From NCBI GenBank assembly GCA_963811105.1, contig CAWEPZ010000009.1:224001-288000 (forward strand): 64,000 nucleotides of DNA, given 5' to 3'. Position 1 is the stretch's first letter; each line of letters begins with the position of its first letter. Below, piece after piece: positions 31,587-42,173 of this stretch. This stretch comes from Candidatus Bathyarchaeota archaeon. GTDB taxonomy: Archaea; Thermoproteota; Bathyarchaeia; Bathyarchaeales; Bathycorpusculaceae. The notes under the pieces were generated by a model. The model saw only the letters and a list, made by a program, of their open reading frames with translations. It ran no database searches and had not been told where the DNA came from. Position numbers and translations under genes: made by a program.

Positions 31587-32138
31587 AGTTCATACTACGC
31601 TATGTTGTCAACTAAAAAATGTTTGCCAAATCTCCCTTTTTAACTCCTAGACACCATACCAAGAACATAATCGGTCCGAACAACAAATATTTTGGCCTTT
31701 TTACAATGGCACAACCAAAAATCTGAACACTGATCAACATGTTTAAAGTGAATTTTATCATGGAAAAACCAAAATCGGACAAAGCTGTTAAAATCTGCAC
31801 TAGATGCAAGAACTAACTATGGCTCAAAAATGGCAAATCTTCTTTTTTGCTATTTTCTTCCAGTACTAAATTATGATTTTCAAGATATGCTCCTATTTAG
31901 TGGCGGTTGGCATCACCTTCAGACCGCAGCTCATATCTTTTTGGCTTTTTAACTATATAGACAACCAAGTTTTTTGAATCAAATGGATAGCTAGAAACTC
32001 TTTTACTAGGGCGACAGCTTCCATTCTTTCCATTCGTTCCCCAGTTTCCTCTGAACTAATTCATAGTCCACATGGTCTTCAATCTGGACTTATTCACATT
32101 ATGATTTTATTAATGCCCAGTACGTGTGCGCAGGAGAC

Positions 32139-32405
32139 CTACCAATTCCATGGAAGCACGTTGGGATAATAAATCAGAAACACAACAACAACGAATAAAA
32201 CTATTAAGACACCCGTAATAACTGCTTTTATTGCATTATTTGATAATATGTTTTTTGGGGCATCTGCTTTTTTGGGAGACGGATTCGGCTGACTAACAAG
32301 TTGAGTATCAAGCGGCACTGAACTTTTCTGAGGCAGGGCTTTTCCACAGTTTTTACAAAATAGGACATTATCTTGATTTTGTTTGCGACAGGATGGACAA
32401 AACAT
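32139..32405 (-). CDS. zinc-ribbon domain membrane protein
   Basis: MFCPSC...FCKNCG plus a C-terminal TM helix. Confidence 0.8.
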   Translation of the reverse strand: MFCPSCRKQNQDNVLFCKNCGKALPQKSSVPLDTQLVSQPNPSPKKADAPKNILSNNAIKAVITGVLIVLFVVVVFLIYYPNVLPWNW

Positions 32406-32834
32406 TTTGTTGATCTCCAACAATTAGGGGTAACAAAAGAGCAAATAAGGCTTTTCATTCGGAAAATCTCTCTTTTTCTTGGAATACCTACAAAGAACAG
32501 ACTAAGCGTTTTCGACCACGAATTAGACATTCATTGTTTGTTCTGTTATCTCTCGACCTTATTCGCATAACCAAACTAGCCTGGTCATATTGATTCTACT
32601 GTGTCGGTCTTACTTTTTTGAGGTGTAGCCGCGTTTATCACCTTTGAGAAAGAAGGCCACGAAACAAAAAAAGAGAAGGAGAGGGACGCTTATCCAAAAT
32701 CCAATAGTTATATTAAACAGATTGTGCCTAAAATCTATCAAACTAATAAAATTAGAACCTCACATGTGGCGGGAAAAAGCCTGCTTTATGTGATTAACAA
32801 ATAATCAAATAAAAGCATTAGGAAGTGCATATTT

Positions 32835-34004
32835 ACGGGAGCATCCCAAACATTTACGATAAAGTACGTTATACACGCTAGATTTGATATTGAAGGCGTT
32901 GTAGAAAAACCCGATGTTATAGGTGCAGTTTTTGGTCAAACCGAAGGACTTTTTGGACCCGAACTGGATCTACGAGAACTCCAGAAAACTGGACGCATCG
33001 GCAGAATCGAAATCGATTTACATTCAAAAAACGATCGAACAACTGGCTCAATTACCATTCCGACTAGCTTAGATAGAGTTTCAACAGCTCTCATAGCAGC
33101 GAGCATAGAAAGCATCAACCGCGTCGGTCCATGCTCGGCAAAAGTTAGCCTAGATAGAGTGGAAGATATTCGCGAGGCACGAAGAAAAATAATCATTGAC
33201 CGTGCAAAAGAAATCCTGCATAAATGGACAATCGAATCAATGCCAAGCGTAGATGAAGTTTACAAAGAAATCTCAGAAACCATGAAAGTCGGCAAAGTAG
33301 AAAAGTACGGTCCAGAAGACTTACCTGCCGGACCAGGATTAGACAGCGCCAAAGAAATAATCGTTGTCGAAGGTCGTGCAGACATAATCAATCTGATGCG
33401 ATGCGGAATCTTTAACACTGTTGCCCTTGAAGGCGCCAAAGTTCCGGAATCTATAAAGAAGCTCACCAAAGAAAGATCAGCCACCGCGTTGCTTGATGGC
33501 GACAGAGGCGGCGACCTCATACTAAAAGAGCTACAACAAGTAACCAATGTAAAGTTTGTAGGCCGTGCTCCGAGAGGAAAAGAAATCGAGGAATGCAACT
33601 GCAAAGAGATTGCTGAAGCCATTGAAAACAAGCTTCCAATAGCAGAAGCCGTAGGAGGCAAACCGCCAGCGCCAGCCAAAAAGATCCCAGAACACATTAA
33701 AGTTGAAGTTCCAGAACCCATCAGCCAAGCCGCAAAAGCACTAGTAGGCACACTTGAAGCGGTGCTTCTTAGCGAAAAGTTTGAGCTAATCGAGCGGTTA
33801 CCAGTGAGCCAACTCGCAGAGAAACTTCAGCAGATGACAGGCGTTGATACTGTAGTTTTCGACGGTATCATAACACAAAGAATCGTTGACATTGCAGGCG
33901 AAAAAAACATTAGGCGAATAGTCGGAGCGAGAATCTCAGAAGCAGTTAAGCCAGCCTTAAACGTAGAATTGGTAACTTTCCAGGACGCCATCGCCCAAGC
34001 TTAG
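32835..34004 (+). CDS. dnaG: archaeal DnaG (exosome-associated TOPRIM protein); probable ACG start
   Basis: The conserved N-terminus KYVIHARFDIEGVVEKPDVIGAVFGQTEG is in frame 108 codons upstream of the track start. TOPRIM motifs VVEGRAD and DGDRGG. Confidence 0.92.
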   Translation, partial: TGASQTFTIKYVIHARFDIEGVVEKPDVIGAVFGQTEGLFGPELDLRELQKTGRIGRIEIDLHSKNDRTTGSITIPTSLDRVSTALIAASIESINRVGPCSAKVSLDRVEDIREARRKIIIDRAKEILHKWTIESMPSVDEVYKEISETMKVGKVEKYGPEDLPAGPGLDSAKEIIVVEGRADIINLMRCGIFNTVALEGAKVPESIKKLTKERSATALLDGDRGGDLILKELQQVTNVKFVGRAPRGKEIEECNCKEIAEAIENKLPIAEAVGGKPPAPAKKIPEHIKVEVPEPISQAAKALVGTLEAVLLSEKFELIERLPVSQLAEKLQQMTGVDTVVFDGIITQRIVDIAGEKNIRRIVGARISEAVKPALNVELVTFQDAIAQA

Positions 34005-34077
34005 TCTTCTAAATAATATTTTATTTTCTTTACCTTTTTCACCGTTTCTGGAAAATAAGAAAAATAGAGATTTTGAG

Positions 34078-35574
34078 TCATTTCACGGCATCGTTTACAG
34101 CTTGTTTGCCTCGGTAAATCCACAACATAGATAATAGCGCTGCAATTGAGACAACTGCGATGACAGTTAGAAGTACCCAGTATTCGATTGAGTTTTCGTT
34201 TGGCTGAACTGCCGCCGGTTGATTAAGGACAAACGTTGGCGTAGGTGTTGCTAAATGAGCCGGGGTAAGCTTTGACGTCGTGGTAGGTTCGGAAGTTGGT
34301 TCTTGTGTATTCGGTAAAGCAGAAGTTGGTGTTGAGTTTGGTATTGGGGTGGGAGTTGGACTATTTATCGCCGTATAGATAGGTGGAGTGCCTACGGTGA
34401 TATTTTTGTAAGTATCGCTGTTGATTGTAAAGTTATATTCAGTGTAGGTTGGAAAGCTGGCTAATGGGTTTAAGCTAGCATCGATTCCTGGGTGGGCATC
34501 TATTTTGTATGTTCCAGTAGGGACGCTTAGGGCATAATAACCGTTAGACTTGGAGAACCAGCCTGACAAATAGCCATTTAGGACAACGATGGCTCCTTTA
34601 ATTGGAGTTCCAGAGTAATCAGAGATATAGCCGTATATCTTGTAACCTGTAAGTAAGGTTATGTTTTTGGCAATATTTGACGTTACTAATAATTGCGGTT
34701 GGTCGTAGGACATGTAATTGGAATCGAATGGGGGCCAAACATTAACGTGATATGTTCCGGCAGAAGCAGATATCTCGTAATAACCTGTTGCATCGGAGTA
34801 AACGCTTGGGACAGTTAATGGCAAGTTGAAAATCACTTCTGCATTAGCTAATCCTTTTCCGTTTGAGTCAGTTATGTAGCCTGAAATTCTATATTTTGAT
34901 TGATCTGCTACTGGTGTTGACGTCGGGGTGCTTGTCGGCTGAAGATTGCCAACAACGATATTCTTGACTGTGTTGCCGCTAACGACAAAGTCATATTCAT
35001 AGTACGCTGGAAATTGGGTTGCACTGCTTGAGTAACTGTCCGTTCGTGGGTGAGCATTAATATTGTATGTTCCAGCGGAGACAGCAACAAAATAGTAACC
35101 TGTAGAAGTAGAGAACCAACCTGAACCACTGCCGTTTAAGAAAACGCATGCCCCTACAACTGGCGCTCCTGAAGAATCGGTGATATAGCCTGAAACTTTG
35201 AATCCTGTAGCCAAGGTAATATTATTAGTTACGTCCGAGGCAACTACGAAACCTGGCTGGTCATGTCTAATGAAACCTGAATCGAATGGGGCCCATACGT
35301 TAAGGTGATAAGTGCCTACTGGACCAGAAGTTTGGTAGTAACCTGAACTGTCTGTCTTAACACCTGGAACAATCGAGGGAACATTGAAAATGACGTCTGC
35401 TCCAGTAATTCCATTACCGTTTGTATCGAAGACATACCCTGATATTTTACATTGTCCTGACTGTGCTTGTACACTGTTGATATTGAGGTTTAATGTATTT
35501 GTTAGCAGTAAAGTGAAAATGACAAAAACGATAATAGTGTTGTCTTTTTTCATCTTGTTTTCCTCAATAGCCAT
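34078..35574 (-). CDS. cell-surface protein with four carboxypeptidase-regulatory-like beta-sandwich repeats
   Basis: Signal peptide, four ISGY-x-x-D-x-x-G repeats forming a duplicated two-domain unit, PT linker and C-terminal TM. Confidence 0.8.
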   Translation of the reverse strand: MAIEENKMKKDNTIIVFVIFTLLLTNTLNLNINSVQAQSGQCKISGYVFDTNGNGITGADVIFNVPSIVPGVKTDSSGYYQTSGPVGTYHLNVWAPFDSGFIRHDQPGFVVASDVTNNITLATGFKVSGYITDSSGAPVVGACVFLNGSGSGWFSTSTGYYFVAVSAGTYNINAHPRTDSYSSSATQFPAYYEYDFVVSGNTVKNIVVGNLQPTSTPTSTPVADQSKYRISGYITDSNGKGLANAEVIFNLPLTVPSVYSDATGYYEISASAGTYHVNVWPPFDSNYMSYDQPQLLVTSNIAKNITLLTGYKIYGYISDYSGTPIKGAIVVLNGYLSGWFSKSNGYYALSVPTGTYKIDAHPGIDASLNPLASFPTYTEYNFTINSDTYKNITVGTPPIYTAINSPTPTPIPNSTPTSALPNTQEPTSEPTTTSKLTPAHLATPTPTFVLNQPAAVQPNENSIEYWVLLTVIAVVSIAALLSMLWIYRGKQAVNDAVK

Positions 35575-35686
35575 CTGACTTGGTTTATGATAAAAGCGTA
35601 TTCATCAAAATTTCTTGACTAATTTTAGTCAAGTTTTCTTGACTAAGCTCAAGTCACATACAACCTTAGACCCGAATATGCTTTTG

Positions 35687-38083
35687 CTACACGTAATCCA
35701 TTAGACTTCGAATTTCTTGGCTTTCTTTTGCTTCCTTTTCGATGAGCTCTTGTTCGGTTACATTAAAGAAGCCAAGGATTCTTGCTGCCGCAGGAACGAC
35801 TTGGTTGGTTATGTAGTAGTCAACATCTACTTCGTCAAGCTTGGCAAAAACGTAGGGTTTAACCCGATTATAAAACCGCCCTTTGCCAGCCAAGATGACA
35901 AAGCCGACTTTGTCTCCGCTGGTTAGATGCCAACCTTTTTCTTTCAGCATTTTCGCCGCCTCCACATGTGGTGCTCTAATCGCGTATTGTTCAGGCGGCT
36001 TCGTAAGGGTCTTCCATATTATGAGATCGTCTAATGGAATCTTACGTTGTTTTAGCTCAGAGACAATAGAGCGCACATAATCAACAGCTTTCTGAGGCGA
36101 CTGTTCCCTCAAGATAATCTCAAGAACATGTTCTTGTACTTCTTTGGCAACTTGCGCCCAGTCACCCCGAATAACCTCGAGCCCAACAATATCTAGGCTG
36201 CCGTCAAGCCGCAATCCAGCATAACGTTTCTTGGCTTCTGTGAAGAAAACGCGTCTGTAAACCTCGCTCACTTCAACTTCTAAGCCCAATTCCTCGCTAA
36301 TCTCCTCTTTGATTTCAAGAAGTTTTTTTTCATCGTTGGTTAAGAAGAGGCTGTCAGTGTCTCCATAGATAATCACGAGACCCTTCGCCTCAGCTAATCT
36401 GGCAGCGCCTAGAATCGAGTGCCTGCCCCATGCTGAAGCTGCCTCGGCGACCGGTTTAATGTACCATCTTGCGCCAACCCAGCCAGCGTAGCCATATGAG
36501 GCGTTTGTTATTATTTTTACCGCTTTCTGGCGTGCATCCAAAATGCTAAATTCAACAGTGTTGGGCTTTAGAGTCTTCATTTGCTTTCTAATTTTGCTTC
36601 TTACATCAATCAGGAACACTAATGCTTCCTTGTAGAACCCGGAAGGTGTTTTGCGGAAACGATGACACACTTCGGGCGCTTCATAAACTCCCCCAGCTGG
36701 CTCAGGCTCGCCAGGTGCAATATAAGTGTCCGGCGATAGGTTGTAGCGAATCATTATGTTAGGGTACATGGATTTGAAATCTAAAACTGCTATATTATCA
36801 TGCAAGCCAGGTTTAGGGGTAAGCACAAGCCCTCCTGCGTAAGGTCGATATGACTGCTCAATCCTTTGGGGAATTAGTTCGCCGATTTTTCTTGTCTGTT
36901 TAATCAGAAACCACTCCACCCTAAAGCCCACAGCGACAGTCATAACATGATCTAACGGCAAACTTACCAAGCTTGAGAGCTGAATTCCGAAATCCAGCAG
37001 TAACGCAGCACAGCCTTGAACTTTTCGAGCGTTGTTAAGGCTATACTGTTTAAGGACGCCCCTTTTTTCAGGGTCTTCCCAGGAATCGGCTAATTCTACC
37101 TCTTCAATTTTCGCGGCTGACTCATTTTTCATAACGTCTAAATGATTAGCTAGGTTCGCCAGCGTTTTGACTTTGACTTCAGGAAAAACATCCATAAAAT
37201 CCGCCAAATCAACATTGGCCATGCCTGTAAAGGAAACATGACCGTAAATGCTGGTATGCGGTTCTTTGTTGCCTCGGTCAACATTAAAAGTTCGTTTAAG
37301 CATGTGGCTTCGTTTTATTAGGTAATTCCAATCCCGCGCGTTACCGCCGAAACTAACAATTATGTCTGGGTCAAACTGGCAAACATAATCAATAAATCCT
37401 TGAAGGAGTTGTTTGTCGTTATTGTCTTCATCTGCGAGAAACTGCTTTTCTTCGCCCGTGCTAGTAACAGCAGAGATCACTGCTATGGGGTTTCTGTCGG
37501 GCTTAGGTGAACCTTCTCGGCTGTAACTAATCATTGAGAAACTAAGTGTTTTAAGCTGTGGTTTTTCGAAACAATCGAGCTGTTTTGGAATAGATTTTGC
37601 GACGTAAACCTTGTCAACTCTAACTCCCAATACGTTTTCTTCTTCCTCAGCCTCAACTTCATGCCAAGCACAAGGGGCAACATCATTATCAATCAAGAAT
37701 CGCATGGAAACGCGAATATCATCTTCGAGGCATTCTTTTACCCCTTCGAAGCTTCGAAGCTGCTTTGCAAGCTTCATCGTTTCCGTTACAACCTTACAAT
37801 AAACTTTTATTGCCTGCACGGACTTGCCGAAAAAGCGGCGCTCAACAACTTGCACCTTCACAATTGAAGACTCATGAGAGGCCGTGATTTCTGACGCAAT
37901 CTTCGAAGGATCAAATCCTTCCTTGACCACAGCATAAAAATAGCCAATAATATTTCTGTCAACAACAAGCACTCGACACCCATTCTGGTCAATTCCCCAA
38001 AGCCATAACTCAGCAACCCCATCATCAATCTTGGGGTTAATGTCCAGAAGCCAAAAAGCAAATTTCAACAAGTTCGCCAACAT
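35687..38083 (-). CDS. polB: family B DNA polymerase (PolB3-like)
   Basis: DFKSMYP, KIITNASYGY, YGDTDS, KKRY. Confidence 0.95.
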   Translation of the reverse strand: MLANLLKFAFWLLDINPKIDDGVAELWLWGIDQNGCRVLVVDRNIIGYFYAVVKEGFDPSKIASEITASHESSIVKVQVVERRFFGKSVQAIKVYCKVVTETMKLAKQLRSFEGVKECLEDDIRVSMRFLIDNDVAPCAWHEVEAEEEENVLGVRVDKVYVAKSIPKQLDCFEKPQLKTLSFSMISYSREGSPKPDRNPIAVISAVTSTGEEKQFLADEDNNDKQLLQGFIDYVCQFDPDIIVSFGGNARDWNYLIKRSHMLKRTFNVDRGNKEPHTSIYGHVSFTGMANVDLADFMDVFPEVKVKTLANLANHLDVMKNESAAKIEEVELADSWEDPEKRGVLKQYSLNNARKVQGCAALLLDFGIQLSSLVSLPLDHVMTVAVGFRVEWFLIKQTRKIGELIPQRIEQSYRPYAGGLVLTPKPGLHDNIAVLDFKSMYPNIMIRYNLSPDTYIAPGEPEPAGGVYEAPEVCHRFRKTPSGFYKEALVFLIDVRSKIRKQMKTLKPNTVEFSILDARQKAVKIITNASYGYAGWVGARWYIKPVAEAASAWGRHSILGAARLAEAKGLVIIYGDTDSLFLTNDEKKLLEIKEEISEELGLEVEVSEVYRRVFFTEAKKRYAGLRLDGSLDIVGLEVIRGDWAQVAKEVQEHVLEIILREQSPQKAVDYVRSIVSELKQRKIPLDDLIIWKTLTKPPEQYAIRAPHVEAAKMLKEKGWHLTSGDKVGFVILAGKGRFYNRVKPYVFAKLDEVDVDYYITNQVVPAAARILGFFNVTEQELIEKEAKESQEIRSLMDYV

Positions 38084-38184
38084 AATAGAAATATAAATTG
38101 ATAGATTAAAAATTACCGAAAAAAGTATTGGTAGGTAAAAAGCGTTTCGCGGCTTTGCTACATCAAGCTAAGCGAATTAATTAT

Positions 38185-38270
38185 TGGGTTGGTTCTTCAA
38201 AGAAGAAGGAAGGGTGCACCCTCCAAGTCTCTTCTTCTACTTGTTTGGAGTTACCTGATGACCTTACCCA
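38185..38270 (+). ncRNA. candidate structured RNA or leader hairpin
   Basis: Stacked stems TGGGT/ACCCA, CTTCAAA/TTTGGAG and AGAAGAAG/CTTCTTCT. Confidence 0.35.
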
Positions 38271-38361
38271 TAAAATTTCGCAAAATGTAAATTTTAAACG
38301 ATCAAAATATCGGAGTAGTTAGTTTTAAGTTTCACGGTGCAAATTTTATTTTGGTTGTTTT

Positions 38362-39288
38362 ATGACTTCGCAAGATGTTCTGATTGAAGCGCAGGGACTA
38401 ACAAAGAGATTTGGTGATTTCACAGCTGTAGATCATATAGACTTCAAAGTCTACAAAGGCGAATGCGTCGGTTTCTTGGGACCAAACGGCGCAGGTAAAA
38501 CAACCACTGTCCGAATGATGTACTGTTTCCTACCGCCTACATCAGGCGAACTAAAAGTTGCAGGTTTAAGCGTAAACACACAGTGCAGAGAAATAAAAAA
38601 TCTGGTTGGTGTGGTGCCTCAAGAAGATAATTTAGACCCAGACTTTACAGTTATAAGAAACCTCACAGTTTACTGCCGCTACTTCGACATTCCAAAAGAT
38701 GAAGCCCTAAAACGAGCGAATGAACAGCTGAATTTTTTCCAACTAGAGGAAAAAAAAGATGCTTCTATAGAGGCTCTTTCAGGAGGCTTAAAACGTCGCC
38801 TTATTTTTGCGAGAGCTCTGATAAATCAGCCTCAAATTCTTCTTTTAGATGAGCCAACCACAGGTTTGGACCCTCAAGCGCGGCATTTGGCTTGGGATGA
38901 AGTGCGAAACCTAAAGAAAAAGCAGGTCACAATCATTTTAACTACGCATTACATGGATGAAGCAGCAGTCTTGTGTGACCGCATATTGATTGTTGACAAA
39001 GGAAAAATTATTGAAGAAGGCACACCCGCCGAGCTAGTAAGGAAGCACGTCGGTGAAGATGTTTTGGAACTTGACTATGACGAGAAAGTGCTTCCGATTC
39101 TAAAAGAAGCTTTTCCTGAGGCACGATTTGAAAAATTAGGTGATCGCCTTCAAATTTTCACTGATGAACCGCATGGGGTTTTTGAAGGCTTCCTCAAAGA
39201 TAATCCAATGCAAAACGTTACTATTCGCACCGCTAATCTTGAGGATGTTTTCCTTAAATTGACCGGGAGAGGGCTGAGAGAAGAATGA
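38362..39288 (+). CDS. ABC exporter ATP-binding protein (NodI/DrrA-like)
   Basis: GPNGAGKTT, LSGG, LLDEPTTGLDP. Confidence 0.95.
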   Translation: MTSQDVLIEAQGLTKRFGDFTAVDHIDFKVYKGECVGFLGPNGAGKTTTVRMMYCFLPPTSGELKVAGLSVNTQCREIKNLVGVVPQEDNLDPDFTVIRNLTVYCRYFDIPKDEALKRANEQLNFFQLEEKKDASIEALSGGLKRRLIFARALINQPQILLLDEPTTGLDPQARHLAWDEVRNLKKKQVTIILTTHYMDEAAVLCDRILIVDKGKIIEEGTPAELVRKHVGEDVLELDYDEKVLPILKEAFPEARFEKLGDRLQIFTDEPHGVFEGFLKDNPMQNVTIRTANLEDVFLKLTGRGLREE

Positions 39289-40118
39289 CTAGCCCTAACC
39301 TACGTAAATCTCCTGCACGCTTCACCATACCAAAAATAACTTACAGAGTATGGAAGGTTTGGCAACGCAACTTTGATGTTTTCACCAAAACGATAGCTAC
39401 CAACTTTTTACCTTCTCTTCTTGAGCCAATATTGTATTTGTTGGCGTTTGGTTTTGGTTTAGGCGGCTTCATTCCCTCCATTCAAGGTGAACGCTACATC
39501 AATTTTATTGCGCCCGCATTGGTAGCGATTGCGGTTATGAATGGGTCATTTTTTGAATGCACGTTTGCTTCCTTTGTACGAATGTATTACCAAAAAACCT
39601 TTGACGCCATAGTAGCCACTCCTGTAAGCGTTGAAGAAGTTGTGGCAGGAGAACTCCTCTGGGGAGCCACCCGCGCCACAATAAACGCGACAATTGTATT
39701 GGCTGTGGTTGCAGCTTTCGGCTTAATTTCCAGTCCACTGTTCCTACTAATTGTGCCAATTGCATTCTTTGGCGGGTTAATGTTTGGCTCCATTGCCATG
39801 TGCTTTACTGCAGCAGCACCCAACATTGACTTCTTTAATTTTCCCTCATTCCTCTTCTTGACGCCTATGTTCTTTTTAAGCGGCACATTCTTCCCTTTAA
39901 CGTCCTTACCCACTGCTGCACAAGGAGCTGCAATGGCCATTTTGCCTTTAACACATGTTGTAAATATTACTCGAGGAGTAGTTTCAGGGCATCTAGAGCC
40001 AATCTTGGGATTAAACTCGACCATGCTTCTTCTCATAAGTTTCGTTTGGATAATAGCAGTGACAATATTTTTCTTTATTGTCAGCATTAACTTGATGAAG
40101 AAAAGATTAACAGGATAA
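39285..40118 (+). CDS. ABC-2 type permease (NodJ-like)
   Basis: EPILYLLAFGFGLG, PMFFLSGTFFP. Confidence 0.93.
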   Translation: MTSPNLRKSPARFTIPKITYRVWKVWQRNFDVFTKTIATNFLPSLLEPILYLLAFGFGLGGFIPSIQGERYINFIAPALVAIAVMNGSFFECTFASFVRMYYQKTFDAIVATPVSVEEVVAGELLWGATRATINATIVLAVVAAFGLISSPLFLLIVPIAFFGGLMFGSIAMCFTAAAPNIDFFNFPSFLFLTPMFFLSGTFFPLTSLPTAAQGAAMAILPLTHVVNITRGVVSGHLEPILGLNSTMLLLISFVWIIAVTIFFFIVSINLMKKRLTG

Positions 40119-40122
40119 ATGG

Positions 40123-41045
40123 CTAAATCTTGATTCCTCTAACTTCAGCAATTATTAGATAGAAAGCAGCCAAGCCTTTCCAGGTACCCAACCTTGGGCA
40201 ATTTCTCTTGCTTCAGCGGTTTTGATTGGTTTTCCTCCGCAATAATATCTTGAAATCACACGCCTAACCCCTAAATCGTCGGCTGGTAGTGCATCCAACT
40301 TTTGCATACCCCTCAACATAGTTAATTCAGCAGTCCAAACCCCAATGCCCCTTATCGAGTCAAGCTCTGAAATGATTTCTTCAGGATTTGGGTGGTTTTT
40401 TAGGTCTTCAAGATCCAAGTTGTCATCAGCTATAAGTTTAGCAGCTCCACAGATGTATTCAGCTTTCCGCTGGCTAAGCCCACATCCCTGGATTTCATTG
40501 ATGCTTGCCAAAGCTATTTCTTTCGGCGTTGGATAAGCATAGAAAGTTTCACCTTCAATAGCTATGTTTTCCCCGAATTTCTTTACCAGCCGCTCTTCAA
40601 TGGTGTGCGCTACTTTGATGGAAATTTTCTGCTCAACAATAGAATCAACTAAGGCTTCAAAAACTGTTGGTGTCGTCGGGTTCTTTAATCCATACAACTG
40701 TTGGGCTATCTGACATATAACAGAGTCACTTTTTATCTGTTCATAAAAAGAGCGGAGGGAGAAGCCCAAGTTGAAAATGAATTTGATCGCGTCTTCAGCT
40801 TTCTGTTTGTCTAGCGCTGTTATAGGCTGGTTTGATTGTAACTTGACATCTATTTTTGGCTTCTCAAGTGTTCCTGTGGAAGTTATTTTGAATAGGACAA
40901 GTTTGTCGTTGATTTTGAGAACCTGGGTGAGTTGGCCGTTTGCGTAAATTCGGATTTGTTTGTCGCCGAAGCTAAATATGTGAGCGGACAAATCGAAATC
41001 GAAAGGTGCCAACGCATGAACCTTAAAGCTATCGGTAAGTGCCAT
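40123..41045 (-). CDS. alkA: DNA-3-methyladenine glycosylase (AlkA/HhH-GPD); probable indel near 40189
   Basis: IRGIGVWTAE and LPADDLG. A shifted frame restores WKGLAAFYL. Confidence 0.9.
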
Positions 41046-41140
41046 CTTGGTTCATCCTTGAAGCATTGACCTTAATCTAAGAGGATATTAAAGATTTTTA
41101 ACTCTAAACCGTTATTGTTAGCGAGTAACGGACGGTACTT

Positions 41141-41815
41141 ATGCGTTTAGTGATACGGATAGGCGGCTCAGTGGTAGCGTCACCAATTAATACAGAATTG
41201 ATGAGCAAATACGCTAACCTAATAAAAACAATAAAAGCTCAAGGGCACGAGGTGGCGGTAGTGCTTGGAGGAGGATCACTTGCAAGGGAATTTATCAAAT
41301 TTGCTAAAGATTTGGGCCTAGAAATGCAAGCACAGGATGAAATTGCCATTTCTTGTTCACGGTTGTTTGCTCAGCTTTTCCTCAAAAGGCTTGGCGATGA
41401 AGGATGCAGCAAAGTTGCTACAACGCTAGATGACACGCAAGTATGCTTAGGCGAGGGCAAGATTGTAGTGATGGGTGGACTAAAGCCGGGAATCACCACT
41501 GACGCCGTTGCCGCTTTGGTAGCTGAACGCATCAATGCTGATTTGTTGGTGAAGGGTACTGACCAAGAAGGCGTTTATAGCAAAGATCCCCGTACGAACC
41601 TCGATGCAGTGAAACTGGACAAATTGACCTTTGACGATTTCTCTAAGATTTTCGAGGGAAGCATCCATAAAGCAGGCATTCATCAAATCATAGATCCCGA
41701 AGCCATTAAAGTCCTAAAACGTTACCGCGTCAAACTCATTGTCGTCAACGGCTTTCAACCACAGAACATTTTGGCTGCGGTTAACGGCGAAAATGTTGGA
41801 ACTATAATTAGCTAA
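41141..41815 (+). CDS. pyrH: UMP kinase
   Basis: RIGGS, GGGSLAR, PGITTDAVAA, GVYSKDP. Confidence 0.95.
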   Translation: MRLVIRIGGSVVASPINTELMSKYANLIKTIKAQGHEVAVVLGGGSLAREFIKFAKDLGLEMQAQDEIAISCSRLFAQLFLKRLGDEGCSKVATTLDDTQVCLGEGKIVVMGGLKPGITTDAVAALVAERINADLLVKGTDQEGVYSKDPRTNLDAVKLDKLTFDDFSKIFEGSIHKAGIHQIIDPEAIKVLKRYRVKLIVVNGFQPQNILAAVNGENVGTIIS

Positions 41816-41856
41816 ATTCATTTTGTGCCTATGTTTATATTCATACGTGCATCTTT

Positions 41857-42066
41857 ATGCAAAACCCCATAGCCCAGATGCCAAATTGGCTCCAAGCAAT
41901 AGCAAATGTAAACCCAATATCATACACAATTGACGCAGTTAGAAGACTGATGGTATTCAGTGATGGATTCGGGCGATTGCCTCTTGATTTCGCGTTCGTC
42001 GGTGTCTTTGCAATAGTTGTAACAGTTATATGCGTTGTTCTATCATGGAGATACCTAAACAAGTAG
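41857..42066 (+). pseudogene. C-terminal fragment of an ABC-2 permease
   Basis: MPNWLQAIANVNPISYTIDAVR only; the rest of the gene is absent. Confidence 0.7.
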
Positions 42067-42173
42067 TAAAAAATGGAACAAAAATAGAATCTTGCTTTTT
42101 TAATGTAACTAGTCCTTATAAGAAAGAACAATTTCCATTCTCACTTACAATAAAGGCTGGAGCAGAAAAAGCT

